From contig OY729416.1 in NCBI GenBank assembly GCA_963422265.1, forward strand, positions 576,001 to 640,000: a stretch of 64,000 bases of DNA. Reading direction: 5' to 3'. This DNA comes from Thermodesulfobacteriota bacterium (GTDB taxonomy: Bacteria > Desulfobacterota_D > UBA1144 > Nemesobacterales > UBA2774). This document shows positions 52,039 to 62,077 of this stretch, piece by piece (the stretch's first letter is position 1; each line of letters opens with the position of its first letter). Both the position numbers and the translations under genes were made by a program. Below the pieces are notes generated by a model. The model did no database searches and was not told the DNA's origin. It saw only the letters and a program-made list of their open reading frames with translations.

Positions 52039-53172
52039 TCAGGATAAACTCAATCTGTGAATTGTCTTTATAATATTCAAAACCTTTCCCCTGCCTCGGA
52101 GCTGGGGACAAACGTCAAGTATTTCTTTTAAGCTCGTCGTCGTGATAAAAACCTGACCTGCAAAGCCTTGTAAAAGGTCAAACAAAAACCCCTTTCTTTT
52201 ATCATCAAGCTCGCTCGTTATATCATCTAATAGTAAAACGGGGGTTCTCTTTAGGGTGTTCTGGATAAGCTCAATCTCAGATGCCTTAAGCGCAAAGGCG
52301 AGGTTTTTGGCTTCTCCCTGTGAAGCATAGATAGACGCGTCCATGCCGTCTATAGTAAAGCTGACTACGTCCCTGTGAGGACCAACTGACGTATGACCTA
52401 CCTGTCTATCCTTTTCAAAACTAGACCTAAGGTTGGCGTTCAGCCCCTCTTGCAAGTCGCTTTCTAAATCAAAAGAGCTTTTATAATACATTCCAATTTT
52501 CGTATCAATTCCCGAAGTCATTTTATATACGTTGTTTAGGCAAGGCTCTATTGCTCCAATAAACTTAATTCGCCGTGATATAAGGCGCGCGCCTATCTCC
52601 GCCAGCTTCTCATCCCAAATTTCTGTCTTCGTGGAGTTTAATCCCTTGGCTTTCTTATCAATGGAACCTGGAGACATAGATAATAAGGCATTTCTCTGAA
52701 TAAGACTTCTGTGATAAAGCCTCAAGTCTTTAAGGTGGACAGGCTCAAGAGCACATATAAGCGCGTCTAAATATTTTCTTCTGCTTTGAGGTCCCCCCTT
52801 TATAAGCTCTATATCCGAGGGAAGAAAGGAAACAATGCTATATCTGCCGATAGCCTTAGACGCCCGGTAAACTATCTTGCCATTGAGCTTTATGATTTTA
52901 CGCTCGCCACTTATAAGAATATGAACCTCGTCCAGACCGGAATCCGAATCGATCTCACCTTTTATACCACACTCTTCAGCCTCAAACTTAACAATCTCCT
53001 TCATTGTTACTTGTTTAAATGGCTTAAATGCAAGCAAAAAATGTATTGCCTCTAGCATATTGGTTTTGCCCTGAGCATTTTCGCCACATATCAAGTTTAT
53101 TTTATTATCAAAGGTGAAAGTCTCTGAAACATAAGACCTGAAATTCCTTAAGGTAAGCGATCTGACTATCAA
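52039..53172 (-). CDS. recF: DNA replication and repair protein RecF
   Basis: LRNFRSY, GENAQGKTN, GPHRD, ASQGE, LLLDDITSELD; probable TTG start at 53172. Confidence 0.93.
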   Translation of the reverse strand: MIVRSLTLRNFRSYVSETFTFDNKINLICGENAQGKTNMLEAIHFLLAFKPFKQVTMKEIVKFEAEECGIKGEIDSDSGLDEVHILISGERKIIKLNGKIVYRASKAIGRYSIVSFLPSDIELIKGGPQSRRKYLDALICALEPVHLKDLRLYHRSLIQRNALLSMSPGSIDKKAKGLNSTKTEIWDEKLAEIGARLISRRIKFIGAIEPCLNNVYKMTSGIDTKIGMYYKSSFDLESDLQEGLNANLRSSFEKDRQVGHTSVGPHRDVVSFTIDGMDASIYASQGEAKNLAFALKASEIELIQNTLKRTPVLLLDDITSELDDKRKGFLFDLLQGFAGQVFITTTSLKEILDVCPQLRGRGKVLNIIKTIHRLSLS

Positions 53173-53302
53173 GGAAGCACACTGTAAGGTAAGTTTGTCC
53201 AACCGCGCTGCTCCAGTATGGACAGAAAAAATTATAATAGAGACGGGAGCTTTATTCAATCTTGACCCGTAAATAGGTGGGCGTTATTATTACGGAATTA
53301 AA

Positions 53303-55459
53303 ATGATTGCTCTTAAGACATACAATATAGCGGAAAAGGACGTTGGTAAAGGTTTTGCCCGATTAAATACGGGCGACATGAGAGAAATAGGCGTTGGGGC
53401 GTCTGATCTTGTTGAAATAGGCGGAAAAAGAAAAACCGTTGTAAAGGTGATGCCGCTTGACAAGGCGCAAACAAGAAAATCAATAATAGAAATTGATGGA
53501 ATCACAAGAGAGAACGCGCGCGTTGGTATAGACGAGCGCGTGCTTGTTAAGAGAATTGACGCTACTCAGTTTGCTAACAAAGTAGTCTTAACATCTGGAA
53601 GCAATGATCTTTTGTATAACGGCAACCAGAATAAATATCTACTTAACCGATTAGATGGTTTCCCGATTACCGTAGGTGACAAAATAAGGTTAAGGGTCTC
53701 TGGCTCAGAACACGAAGAGCTGCAGGTAATTGGTATAATGCCTTCGCACTCCGTGTTGATAAACGGCTCGACAAAGCTAGACATTAGGAAACGTCCCAAA
53801 TTGAAATTAGATAGCTCAAAGGCAAGCTACGAAGACATTGGAGGACTTAAGGAGCAGATATCTAAGGTAAAGGAGATAGTAGAATTGCCCCTTAACTGCC
53901 CACAGTTGTTTGAAAAGCTTGGCATAGAACCACCGAGAGGGTTGCTTTTGGTAGGACCCCCCGGCTGTGGCAAAACGCTATTGGCAAAATCAGTTGCCAA
54001 CGAGACTAACGCTAACTTTCAGATAATTAACGGCCCTGAAATAATGCACAAGTTTTACGGGGAGAGTGAGGCAAGGCTGAGGGATATTTTTGAAGTAGCT
54101 ACTAGAAACCAACCTTCTATCATCCTTCTTGACGAGCTTGACGCCATAGCCCCCAAAAGGGATAAAGTGTCTGGCGAAGTAGAGAAAAGGGTTGTAGCGC
54201 AGTTGCTTTCGTTAATGGATGGTCTCAAGCACAGAGGCAATGTAGTTGTTATCGGGGCTAGCAACCGTCCGTCAGCAATTGATCCCGCTTTAAGGAGGCC
54301 TGGCAGGTTCGATAGAGAGATAAGACTAGAAGTCCCTGATAGAAATGGGAGAGTAGAGATACTGCGAGTGCACACTCGGGCTATGTCTATAGGCAACGAG
54401 CTTGACCTTGAGCGAATTGCCGATCTCACGCACGGCTTTGTGGGAGCTGATCTTGAAAATTTATGTAGGGAAGCTGGAATGGAAGCCCTTAGAAGATCGC
54501 TTCCAGAATACGACAAAAATGGTGAGAGTATCATCAGTAATGGACCCCCTACAAAGTTCACAGTTAATATGAACGACTTTATAGAAGCCCTAAAGAAGGT
54601 AGAACCCTCGGCTATAAGAGAAATAATCGTAGAAATCCCTGAAGTTACTTGGGAAGATATAGGTGGACTTAAGGATATTAAAGAAAAACTCATAGAGTCA
54701 GCAGTGTGGCCCCTGATTCACAAAGACTTGTTTGAAATTACCAGAGCAAGAGCCCCAAAAGGGATTCTCTTATGCGGTCCTCCTGGAACTGGAAAAACCC
54801 TTCTGGCTAAAGCTTTAGCTAACCGAAGCGGCACTAATTTCATCTCCGTAAAAGGCGCCGAGCTTTTATCAAGATACGTGGGTGAATCTGAGCAAGCGGT
54901 TAGAGAAGTATTCAAAAAGGCAAAGCAGGTAGCGCCATGCACGATCTTCTTTGATGAAATAGACGCCCTCGCCCCTTGTAGAAGAGAAACCGACAGCGCA
55001 CGCGTGCCTGAAAGGGTTGTGAGCCAGTTGCTCACTGAGATAGATGGCGTTGAAGATTTAAGAGAGGTGCTCATTCTGGCAGCTACCAATAGGATCGACA
55101 TAGTGGACCCCGCACTCTTAAGATCGGGAAGATTCGACCTTATATTGAATATTCCCTACCCAAGTCAAGATGAACTACTTGAAATATTCAAAATTCATTC
55201 AAGAGGCAAGCCTCTCTCAAAAGATGTTGATCCCAAGCGGATGGCAAGTGAGGCAAGGGGATTATCGGGCGCTGACGTTGAGTTTGTATGCCAGAGGGCA
55301 TCAATTATAGCAATTAGGGAACATTTGAAGGATAGGAGACGCAAATTGAAGATCGCTCAAGCTCATTTTAATCAAGCCCTTAAAGAAGCCAAGGATAAGA
55401 TAATTGCGAACCCCGCCCCCGACTGTCTCCGTGAAAATAGGGTCGGGAATCAAAACTAG
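53303..55459 (+). CDS. CDC48/VCP-family double-ring AAA+ ATPase
   Basis: CDC48-like N domain (DVGKGFARL...IDGITRENA), D1 GPPGCGKT, D2 GPPGTGKT, PSAIRE linker. Confidence 0.92.
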   Translation: MIALKTYNIAEKDVGKGFARLNTGDMREIGVGASDLVEIGGKRKTVVKVMPLDKAQTRKSIIEIDGITRENARVGIDERVLVKRIDATQFANKVVLTSGSNDLLYNGNQNKYLLNRLDGFPITVGDKIRLRVSGSEHEELQVIGIMPSHSVLINGSTKLDIRKRPKLKLDSSKASYEDIGGLKEQISKVKEIVELPLNCPQLFEKLGIEPPRGLLLVGPPGCGKTLLAKSVANETNANFQIINGPEIMHKFYGESEARLRDIFEVATRNQPSIILLDELDAIAPKRDKVSGEVEKRVVAQLLSLMDGLKHRGNVVVIGASNRPSAIDPALRRPGRFDREIRLEVPDRNGRVEILRVHTRAMSIGNELDLERIADLTHGFVGADLENLCREAGMEALRRSLPEYDKNGESIISNGPPTKFTVNMNDFIEALKKVEPSAIREIIVEIPEVTWEDIGGLKDIKEKLIESAVWPLIHKDLFEITRARAPKGILLCGPPGTGKTLLAKALANRSGTNFISVKGAELLSRYVGESEQAVREVFKKAKQVAPCTIFFDEIDALAPCRRETDSARVPERVVSQLLTEIDGVEDLREVLILAATNRIDIVDPALLRSGRFDLILNIPYPSQDELLEIFKIHSRGKPLSKDVDPKRMASEARGLSGADVEFVCQRASIIAIREHLKDRRRKLKIAQAHFNQALKEAKDKIIANPAPDCLRENRVGNQN

Positions 55460-55485
55460 ACCTGATCGGACCCCGGACTGGCACC

Positions 55486-56334
55486 GTGCCTAGCGTTCAA
55501 CTAATACCATATCTCTTCTCTTTTATATTAGGCTCCGTAGTAGGAAGCTTCCTAAACGTCTGCATCTACAGACTACCCAGAGAACAATCTATAGTTTCTC
55601 CCCCTTCTCACTGCAGTTCCTGCGGCGGAATTATCAGGTCTTACCATAACGTGCCGATACTTAGCTACGTTTTCTTAAGGGGTAAATGCGCAAACTGCAA
55701 CGCCAGCATATCGCTAACCTACCCATTTGTTGAAATACTCTCAGGACTCCTCCTGCTTGTTATAGTATGGAAATTTGGAATCAGTCTTAATACCATATTC
55801 TATGCAGTTTTCATCTTCAGTCTTATAGTAATCACTTTCATTGATATTGAGCATAAGATAATTCCGAATATAATAACGCTTCCCGGCGTCACTATAGGGT
55901 TAGCCTATAACCTTTTGATTACAATCTATCAAACTATGGGCATGCCCGAATCCTCCATAAATGCGTTCAGGTATGTTTTTAAGCCAGAATATTTGCTTTC
56001 TCTTGCAAATGAAATACCCATATTAGATTCCATGCTGGGAGTTATTCTTGGCGGAGGAGTGCTTTTATCCATCGCTTACGTATATAAGGCTATAAGAAAA
56101 AGGGACGGTATGGGAATGGGGGATGTCAAACTCCTCTCTATGATAGGGGCTTTCGTAGGTTGGAAAGGGGTAATGTTCACCGTATTCTTAAGCTCTATAC
56201 TAGGAGCGTTAGTGGGCATTTCGATTCTTATTCTTAGAAAGGGGGACCTAAGTTATGCCCTTCCCTTCGGCCCGTTTATGTCAGTAGCCGCAATAGCGTA
56301 TATATTCGCCAGTGAATTCAGTTTTAGATTCTAA
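55486..56334 (+). CDS. pilD: Prepilin peptidase (A24)
   Basis: GSFLNVCIYRLP, two CxxC, FIDIEH, GMGMGDVKL, LPFGPF. Confidence 0.94.
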   Translation: MPSVQLIPYLFSFILGSVVGSFLNVCIYRLPREQSIVSPPSHCSSCGGIIRSYHNVPILSYVFLRGKCANCNASISLTYPFVEILSGLLLLVIVWKFGISLNTIFYAVFIFSLIVITFIDIEHKIIPNIITLPGVTIGLAYNLLITIYQTMGMPESSINAFRYVFKPEYLLSLANEIPILDSMLGVILGGGVLLSIAYVYKAIRKRDGMGMGDVKLLSMIGAFVGWKGVMFTVFLSSILGALVGISILILRKGDLSYALPFGPFMSVAAIAYIFASEFSFRF

Positions 56335-56412
56335 GAGTAAGCAGTTTGTATTGGCCTACAGTATTATTTATCATAGGGCATTCGGTAGAATTCAAAATTG
56401 AGGGAGCTGACG

Positions 56413-57624
56413 ATGAGAGCATTGCCTCCAAAAATGCGCGACAGGCTTTACAAGAGCTACTTTATTCCTGACGAGACGAAAGAGCTAATTCCGAGATTTA
56501 GAGAGTTTGCGGAGGTTGAGCTTTTCCCAAGGGCATACGAGCTTGGGCAAAGAGAGGAGAAGAATGAAAACTTCCCGATAGATTTGTTCAAAATTATGGC
56601 CAAGGAAGGCTTCTTTAGGTTGCCACATAAGAAAAAGGACGGGGGTCTCGGTCTTAAGCACAGGGCATGCGCAGCAGCCTCTCTAGCCGAAGAGTTAGCC
56701 TACGTAAGCGCAAGCTTTTCAGGCTCGGTAAACGCTCATTTTCTGCTTGCCGGCATAAGCCTATCTTATGGCTCTGCATACGTTAAACAAAACTACCTGA
56801 AACCACTAATAGAATGTGACGCCATAGGCTCTTTCGCTATGACCGAGCCTCAATCAGGCTCTGACGTGAGAACCGATTCCCTGACAACTAAAGGGACTAA
56901 GAAAAGCAGTAAATACATAGTAAATGGGCACAAGCGCTACATAACCAATGCTGGCGTGGCGGACTTTGCCGTAACACTTCTAAGTATCGAGGGCAGATCC
57001 TGCGTGCTCGTTATAGACTTAAAATCGGACGGCGTTAGCGTTAGTGAGCCGGACAAAAAACTTGGTAACCGAGGTGAGCTTACCTATGACATATACTTAC
57101 ACAACGTCGAAGTCCCCGCTGAAAACCTAGTAGCAGAGGAGGGAGACGGACTCAAGGTATGTCTTGGCGCCCTTATGTATGGAAGAACCGGGATTGGGGC
57201 AAGCGGCGTAGGAATGGCGCAGTCTGCATTTGACGAGTGCGTAAGCTATATGAAAGAGAGAAAATCTTATGGACAAACCCTGAGCAGGTTTCAGCATTGG
57301 CAGTTTCTTATGGCGGAAAGGGCGATTGAAATTGAAAACGCTCGTAATCTATACGTAAAGAGCGGACTTAGAATAGATGACGGAGAAGAATTCCCTATAT
57401 TTGAGTCGTCGGGGGCCAAATTCTATGGCTCCAAAATATCAGCGGATATGGCGCGCGACGCCGTGCAGATATTTGGGGGATACGGACTCATGGTAGAGCT
57501 TGCCCATGATAAGTCAACCTACAAAGTAGAGGAGATTTATAGAGACTCTAAGGTTGGAGAAATTTACGAAGGCTCAAATGAGATTCATAAGATGGTAGTC
57601 GCAAGAGAGATATTCAAGAAATAA
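56413..57624 (+). CDS. Acyl-CoA dehydrogenase
   Basis: FAMTEPQSGSD, NGHKRYITN, QIFGGYG, IYEGSNEI. Confidence 0.93.
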   Translation: MRALPPKMRDRLYKSYFIPDETKELIPRFREFAEVELFPRAYELGQREEKNENFPIDLFKIMAKEGFFRLPHKKKDGGLGLKHRACAAASLAEELAYVSASFSGSVNAHFLLAGISLSYGSAYVKQNYLKPLIECDAIGSFAMTEPQSGSDVRTDSLTTKGTKKSSKYIVNGHKRYITNAGVADFAVTLLSIEGRSCVLVIDLKSDGVSVSEPDKKLGNRGELTYDIYLHNVEVPAENLVAEEGDGLKVCLGALMYGRTGIGASGVGMAQSAFDECVSYMKERKSYGQTLSRFQHWQFLMAERAIEIENARNLYVKSGLRIDDGEEFPIFESSGAKFYGSKISADMARDAVQIFGGYGLMVELAHDKSTYKVEEIYRDSKVGEIYEGSNEIHKMVVAREIFKK

Positions 57625-57680
57625 ACCAAAGAGCGCCATAAAGCTTTAAGTCCTCGGCCTAGGTGTTTAATACCCACAAA

Positions 57681-59075
57681 ATGAAAAGACTAATCGCCAT
57701 TATTGGTGGCGGAATAACGGGGCTTAGCGCCGCCCATCGGCTCATTGAGCTAAGAAGTGATTTAGATATTGTTATCTTGGAAAAAAGCGGCAGATTAGGC
57801 GGCACTATTTCCACTATAAGAAAAAAGGGCTTCTTAATAGAAGAGGGTCCCGATTCCTTCATTACTACTAAGCCTTGGGCTCTTGATCTATCTATGAGGC
57901 TCGGATTGAAACCGGAGCTAATAGAGACTAATGAGAAAATGCGCCGCACGATGATTGTTAAAGGTAATGAACTGCTTTATTTGCCAGAAGGTTTTGCGCT
58001 ACTCGCACCTACGCTTATAATGCCGTTTTTGAAAACATCTGTCTTATCCTGGAAAGGAAAGTTAAGAATGATGCTTGACCTTTTCTTACCCAAGAAAGAG
58101 GTAAATGACGAGAGCTTAGCGTCGTTTGTTAGGCGGAGATTTGGGAATGAAGCCCTAATCCGTATAGCAGAGCCTATGGTAAGTGGTATTTATACGGCAG
58201 ACCCCGAAGAGTTAAGCCTACTATCAACCATGCCCCAGTTCTTAGAAATGGAAAGAAAATACGGCAGTATCATCAAAGGAATGCGCCGCGCCGCCGCGCA
58301 GGGGAAAGAAGCGCGTGACGGTGGTGCACGCTATAGCTTATTCGCTTCGTTTAGAAACGGTATGGAAACGCTCGTAGAAGCGATTACCAAAAACCTGCCT
58401 AAGGAATCGGTAAAGCTCAACCAAAAGGTTAAGAAAATAGAAAATGCCAACAGAGGCTGGAGGATTATCACGGAGGATAGAGAAATAAGATGCTCCGGCG
58501 TTATCGTAACGACGCCCTCGCACATATCTGGAGGTTTATTAGAAGGGATTGATCCACTACTATCCTCAGAACTACAGGGTATTGAATACGCTTCATCCGC
58601 CGTGGTCACATTAGCCTATAAAAAGGAAAGTATCCGTCATGGACTAGATGCCTTTGGATTCGTAGTGCCAGCCATTGAAAAAAGAGACCTTATCGCTTGT
58701 TCCTTTAGCAGTATAAAATTTAAAAACCGCGCACCTAAAGAATACTTGTTAGCTCGCTGCTTCGTAGGTGGATCACGCAACCCTGCCATTTGTCAACTTG
58801 ATGAGCCTATAATTATCGGGAAGGTAAAAAAAGAATTAGAACGCTTACTTAGCATTGAGTCTAAACCAGAGTTCGCATTCTTAAAAAGATATTTCAAAGC
58901 TATGCCCCAGTATCGCGTGGGACACAATAGGCTGGTTAATAGAATTAGATCACGCGCAAAAAACCATAGAGGATTGGAACTAGCGGGGAATGCTTATGAC
59001 GGAATTGGCTTGCCAGACTGCATAAGCTCGGGTGAAAAAGCAGCTAAAAGGATTATAGAGACTTTTACTTCTTAG
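57681..59075 (+). CDS. hemG: Protoporphyrinogen/coproporphyrinogen oxidase (HemY type)
   Basis: IGGGITGLSAA, EEGPDSF, AMPQYRVGH, AGNAYDGIGLPDCI. Confidence 0.92.
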   Translation: MKRLIAIIGGGITGLSAAHRLIELRSDLDIVILEKSGRLGGTISTIRKKGFLIEEGPDSFITTKPWALDLSMRLGLKPELIETNEKMRRTMIVKGNELLYLPEGFALLAPTLIMPFLKTSVLSWKGKLRMMLDLFLPKKEVNDESLASFVRRRFGNEALIRIAEPMVSGIYTADPEELSLLSTMPQFLEMERKYGSIIKGMRRAAAQGKEARDGGARYSLFASFRNGMETLVEAITKNLPKESVKLNQKVKKIENANRGWRIITEDREIRCSGVIVTTPSHISGGLLEGIDPLLSSELQGIEYASSAVVTLAYKKESIRHGLDAFGFVVPAIEKRDLIACSFSSIKFKNRAPKEYLLARCFVGGSRNPAICQLDEPIIIGKVKKELERLLSIESKPEFAFLKRYFKAMPQYRVGHNRLVNRIRSRAKNHRGLELAGNAYDGIGLPDCISSGEKAAKRIIETFTS

Positions 59076-59481
59076 CAACCTCAAGGATTTTCACCTTGTA
59101 TATTAGCGTTTTACCGGCGAGGGGGTGATTATAGCTCAGTTCTACGGTTTCTTCAGAGACGTCGGTCACGTGACAATTACCGTGAGGCGTTTTCATTACA
59201 ATACCGACCTCGAGGTTTATATCAGTATTTTCAAATACAGATATGTCCGCTTTTTGAATTAACTCGGGATTCAGTATGCCATAACCTTCCTCTGGAGCTA
59301 AGGTAAGTTCCTTTTCTTCCCCTTTCTCCATTCCAATAACCGCCCTCTCAAGACCTTTTACTAAATTGTTAGAGCCTATGATTATGGTAAGGGGTTCCTC
59401 TTCAAAAGTATGAAAGGTCGAGCCATCTTCAAGCTCACCCTGATAATTGAACGTAACGGTATCACCCAATTCTATGCCCAT
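59065..59481 (-). CDS. FKBP-type peptidyl-prolyl isomerase (SlyD/SlpA-like)
   Basis: GLERAVIGM, LAPEEGYG, NHPLAGKTL. Confidence 0.9.
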   Translation of the reverse strand: MGIELGDTVTFNYQGELEDGSTFHTFEEEPLTIIIGSNNLVKGLERAVIGMEKGEEKELTLAPEEGYGILNPELIQKADISVFENTDINLEVGIVMKTPHGNCHVTDVSEETVELSYNHPLAGKTLIYKVKILEVAKK

Positions 59482-59637
59482 TAAAAACTCCTTTCATAAT
59501 AGTTGTTATAATCTATTGTAGTCAATATGATTACAGCTTACACAGTCGGCTAGAAAATTAAATAGTATCCTACTTGGTTGAATTCTCTGACAATTCGTTT
59601 ACCATAGATATTTCATGCTCACGTGAAAGACTAAATA

Positions 59638-59709
59638 GCCGACGTAGCTCAGCGGTAGAGCAGCTCACTCGTAATGAGCAGGTCAGGAGTTCAAATCTCC
59701 TCGTCGGCT
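59638..59709 (+). tRNA. tRNA-Thr(CGT)
   Basis: GCCGACG/CGTCGGC acceptor, GCTCA-CT-CGT-AA-TGAGC anticodon arm, GTTCAAATC. Confidence 0.95.
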
Positions 59710-59802
59710 CATATCCCTATTCACTAATCGAATTGGGGGCGTGCTTCACGGGGATATACTTAACAACAGGGGAGCATAAATTTTTTGGAGCGTAAATCTC
59801 TT

Positions 59803-60606
59803 ATGGCTAATGGACTAGAAAATAAGGGGGCGCTAATATTGGGCGCCTCAAGCGGTTTTGGAGAAGCCGCCGCTTTAGAGCTTGCAAAACAGGGAATGAA
59901 TATATTTGGGGTTCACTTAGATAGAAAGGGGGCGTTGCCCAAAGTAGAGGAGATAAAAAATAAAATCAAAGAAATTGGTAGAAAAGCTACCTTCTTTAAC
60001 GTTAATGCGGCTGACAGTGAAAAAAGGTCTGAAGTATTGGGGAAAATTGAGCAAATACTTAACGAGCACGGGAGACTAGGGGACATTAAGGTGTTGATTC
60101 ATTCTCTAGCGTTTGGAACGCTTAAGCCCTATGTATCAGATGATAGGAAAACAAGGGTTTCTAATAAAAATATGGATATGACCCTTGACGTTATGGCGCA
60201 TACTCTTGTTTACTGGACTCAGGAGATGGTAAGTAGAGGGCTAATGGGTGAAGGCGGCAGGGTTTTCGCCATGACTAGCGCAGGGGGACATAGAGTATGG
60301 CCTACTTATGGGCCAGTCTCAGCCTCAAAAGCTGCACTTGAATCTCACGTGCGTCAGTTAGCGGTGGAACTTGCCCCCTATAAAATCACGGCAAACGCGA
60401 TTCAGGCGGGGGTTACACTAACTCCAGCTCTTGACAAAATACCCGGCAAAGATGAAATCATAAGACACGCAACCGAAGTCAATCCATCCAATAGGCTCAC
60501 CACAACGGAGGACGTCGCGCAGGCAATCGCCACGCTTAGCCTACCCGGCACGCATTTTTTAACCGGAAACGTAATAAAAGTTGACGGTGGTGAAGACCTA
60601 ATCTGA
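59803..60606 (+). CDS. SDR oxidoreductase, FabL-like enoyl-ACP reductase
   Basis: LGASSGFG, YGPVSASKAALE, TGNVIKVDGG. Confidence 0.8.
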   Translation: MANGLENKGALILGASSGFGEAAALELAKQGMNIFGVHLDRKGALPKVEEIKNKIKEIGRKATFFNVNAADSEKRSEVLGKIEQILNEHGRLGDIKVLIHSLAFGTLKPYVSDDRKTRVSNKNMDMTLDVMAHTLVYWTQEMVSRGLMGEGGRVFAMTSAGGHRVWPTYGPVSASKAALESHVRQLAVELAPYKITANAIQAGVTLTPALDKIPGKDEIIRHATEVNPSNRLTTTEDVAQAIATLSLPGTHFLTGNVIKVDGGEDLI

Positions 60607-60617
60607 CCAGGATACTT

Positions 60618-62060
60618 ATGAATAAAAGAGTAACCCTTTATAATACCCTCTCCAAAAAGAAAGAAGAACTTGTGCCGTATGCGCAGAATAGTATAAGGAT
60701 GTACGTCTGCGGTCCCACTGTCTATGATTCGGCTCACCTCGGACACGCAAGGGCAGCGGTAACGTTTGACGTGATAGAGAGATTCCTTTCTCACATCGGT
60801 TATAAAGTGACTTACGTCAGAAATTTTACGGATGTTGATGATAAAATTATAAATAAATCTAAGGAAACAGGAGTAGCAGCTAACGAAATATCGGAAAAAT
60901 ATATAAAAGAGTATAAGGAAGATATGGCATCAATCGGCGTTAAGAGCCCTACCCTACAGCCCAAAGTTACCGAACACGTGCCTGAAATAATTGATATGAT
61001 AGAGAAGATAATAGATAATGGCTATGCCTATCAATCTGGCAATGACGTCTTTTTCTCGGTTAAAAAATTTGAGGGCTATGGAAAGCTGTCAAGAAGGGAT
61101 GCTGACGACATGTTGGCAGGTGCTAGAATAGACGTAAACGAAAAAAAGAAAGACCCGCTTGATTTTGCCCTATGGAAAGGGACGAAGACTACCGAAGAAC
61201 CATACTGGAAAAGCCCCTGGGGTGACGGCCGCCCCGGATGGCACATTGAGTGCTCTACAATGAGCACAAAGTATCTAGGACACAGCTTTGATATACACGG
61301 AGGTGGCAAAGATCTCATCTTCCCACATCACGAAAACGAAATCGCTCAGTCAGAAGCTGCAACGGGCGAGCCATTTGTTAAATATTGGATTCATAACGGA
61401 CTTATCCAGATAAACAGAGAAAAGATGTCAAAATCTATCGGCAACATATTAAACGTAAAAGAAGCGGCTTCTATATGGAGCAAGGAAGCGATAAGACTTT
61501 TTTTTCTTTCCCACCATTATCTCAACCCCGCTGATTTTTCAGATACGACGATGAATGAGTCAGAAACTGCTATTAAAAGGATTTACATAACCCTCAAACG
61601 AGCTAACGATCTTAAAAAAGTCAGTGTGGGCAAGGCGGATAAAAGTTTAGCAGCCTCTGTCGCAAACTTTAAAGAAAACTGGATAGAAACTATGTGCGAC
61701 GACTTTAATACTGCGGACGCAATTGGCAATCTATTTGAGTTATCCAGATCTATAAATCGCTCTATTGATTCCTTAGGCTGGACGCCCGAATTGAATGAAG
61801 CTCTCAACGAGATCAGCCAGTTCGGTGGCGTCCTAGGTATTTTTGAATATAACCCTAATGAATACTTGCAAGGGCTGAAGCTTGTGGGACGTTCTTCAGG
61901 AATTACGGAAGAAGAGATTCAGGAACTTATCAAAGAGAGGGTGCTTGCCCGTAAAGAAAAGAACTGGACACGCGCAGATAAAATTAGAGATGAGCTTAAT
62001 GAAAAAGGGATAGCGCTTGAAGATAAAGCCGAGGGCACCATCTGGCGAGTAAAGAGTTAA
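60618..62060 (+). CDS. cysS: Cysteine-tRNA ligase
   Basis: YVCGPTVY, HLGH, GRPGWHIEC, HGGGKDLIFPHHENE, KMSKS. Confidence 0.98.
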   Translation: MNKRVTLYNTLSKKKEELVPYAQNSIRMYVCGPTVYDSAHLGHARAAVTFDVIERFLSHIGYKVTYVRNFTDVDDKIINKSKETGVAANEISEKYIKEYKEDMASIGVKSPTLQPKVTEHVPEIIDMIEKIIDNGYAYQSGNDVFFSVKKFEGYGKLSRRDADDMLAGARIDVNEKKKDPLDFALWKGTKTTEEPYWKSPWGDGRPGWHIECSTMSTKYLGHSFDIHGGGKDLIFPHHENEIAQSEAATGEPFVKYWIHNGLIQINREKMSKSIGNILNVKEAASIWSKEAIRLFFLSHHYLNPADFSDTTMNESETAIKRIYITLKRANDLKKVSVGKADKSLAASVANFKENWIETMCDDFNTADAIGNLFELSRSINRSIDSLGWTPELNEALNEISQFGGVLGIFEYNPNEYLQGLKLVGRSSGITEEEIQELIKERVLARKEKNWTRADKIRDELNEKGIALEDKAEGTIWRVKS

Positions 62061-62077
62061 AGGAACGTGACATATTA

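Noticed and set aside
55405-55490. Structured RNA at the end of the CDC48 gene (CCCGAC...GTCGGG hairpin)
   Set aside because: Only a short hairpin inside the CDS tail; no riboswitch, ribozyme or tRNA core recognised.
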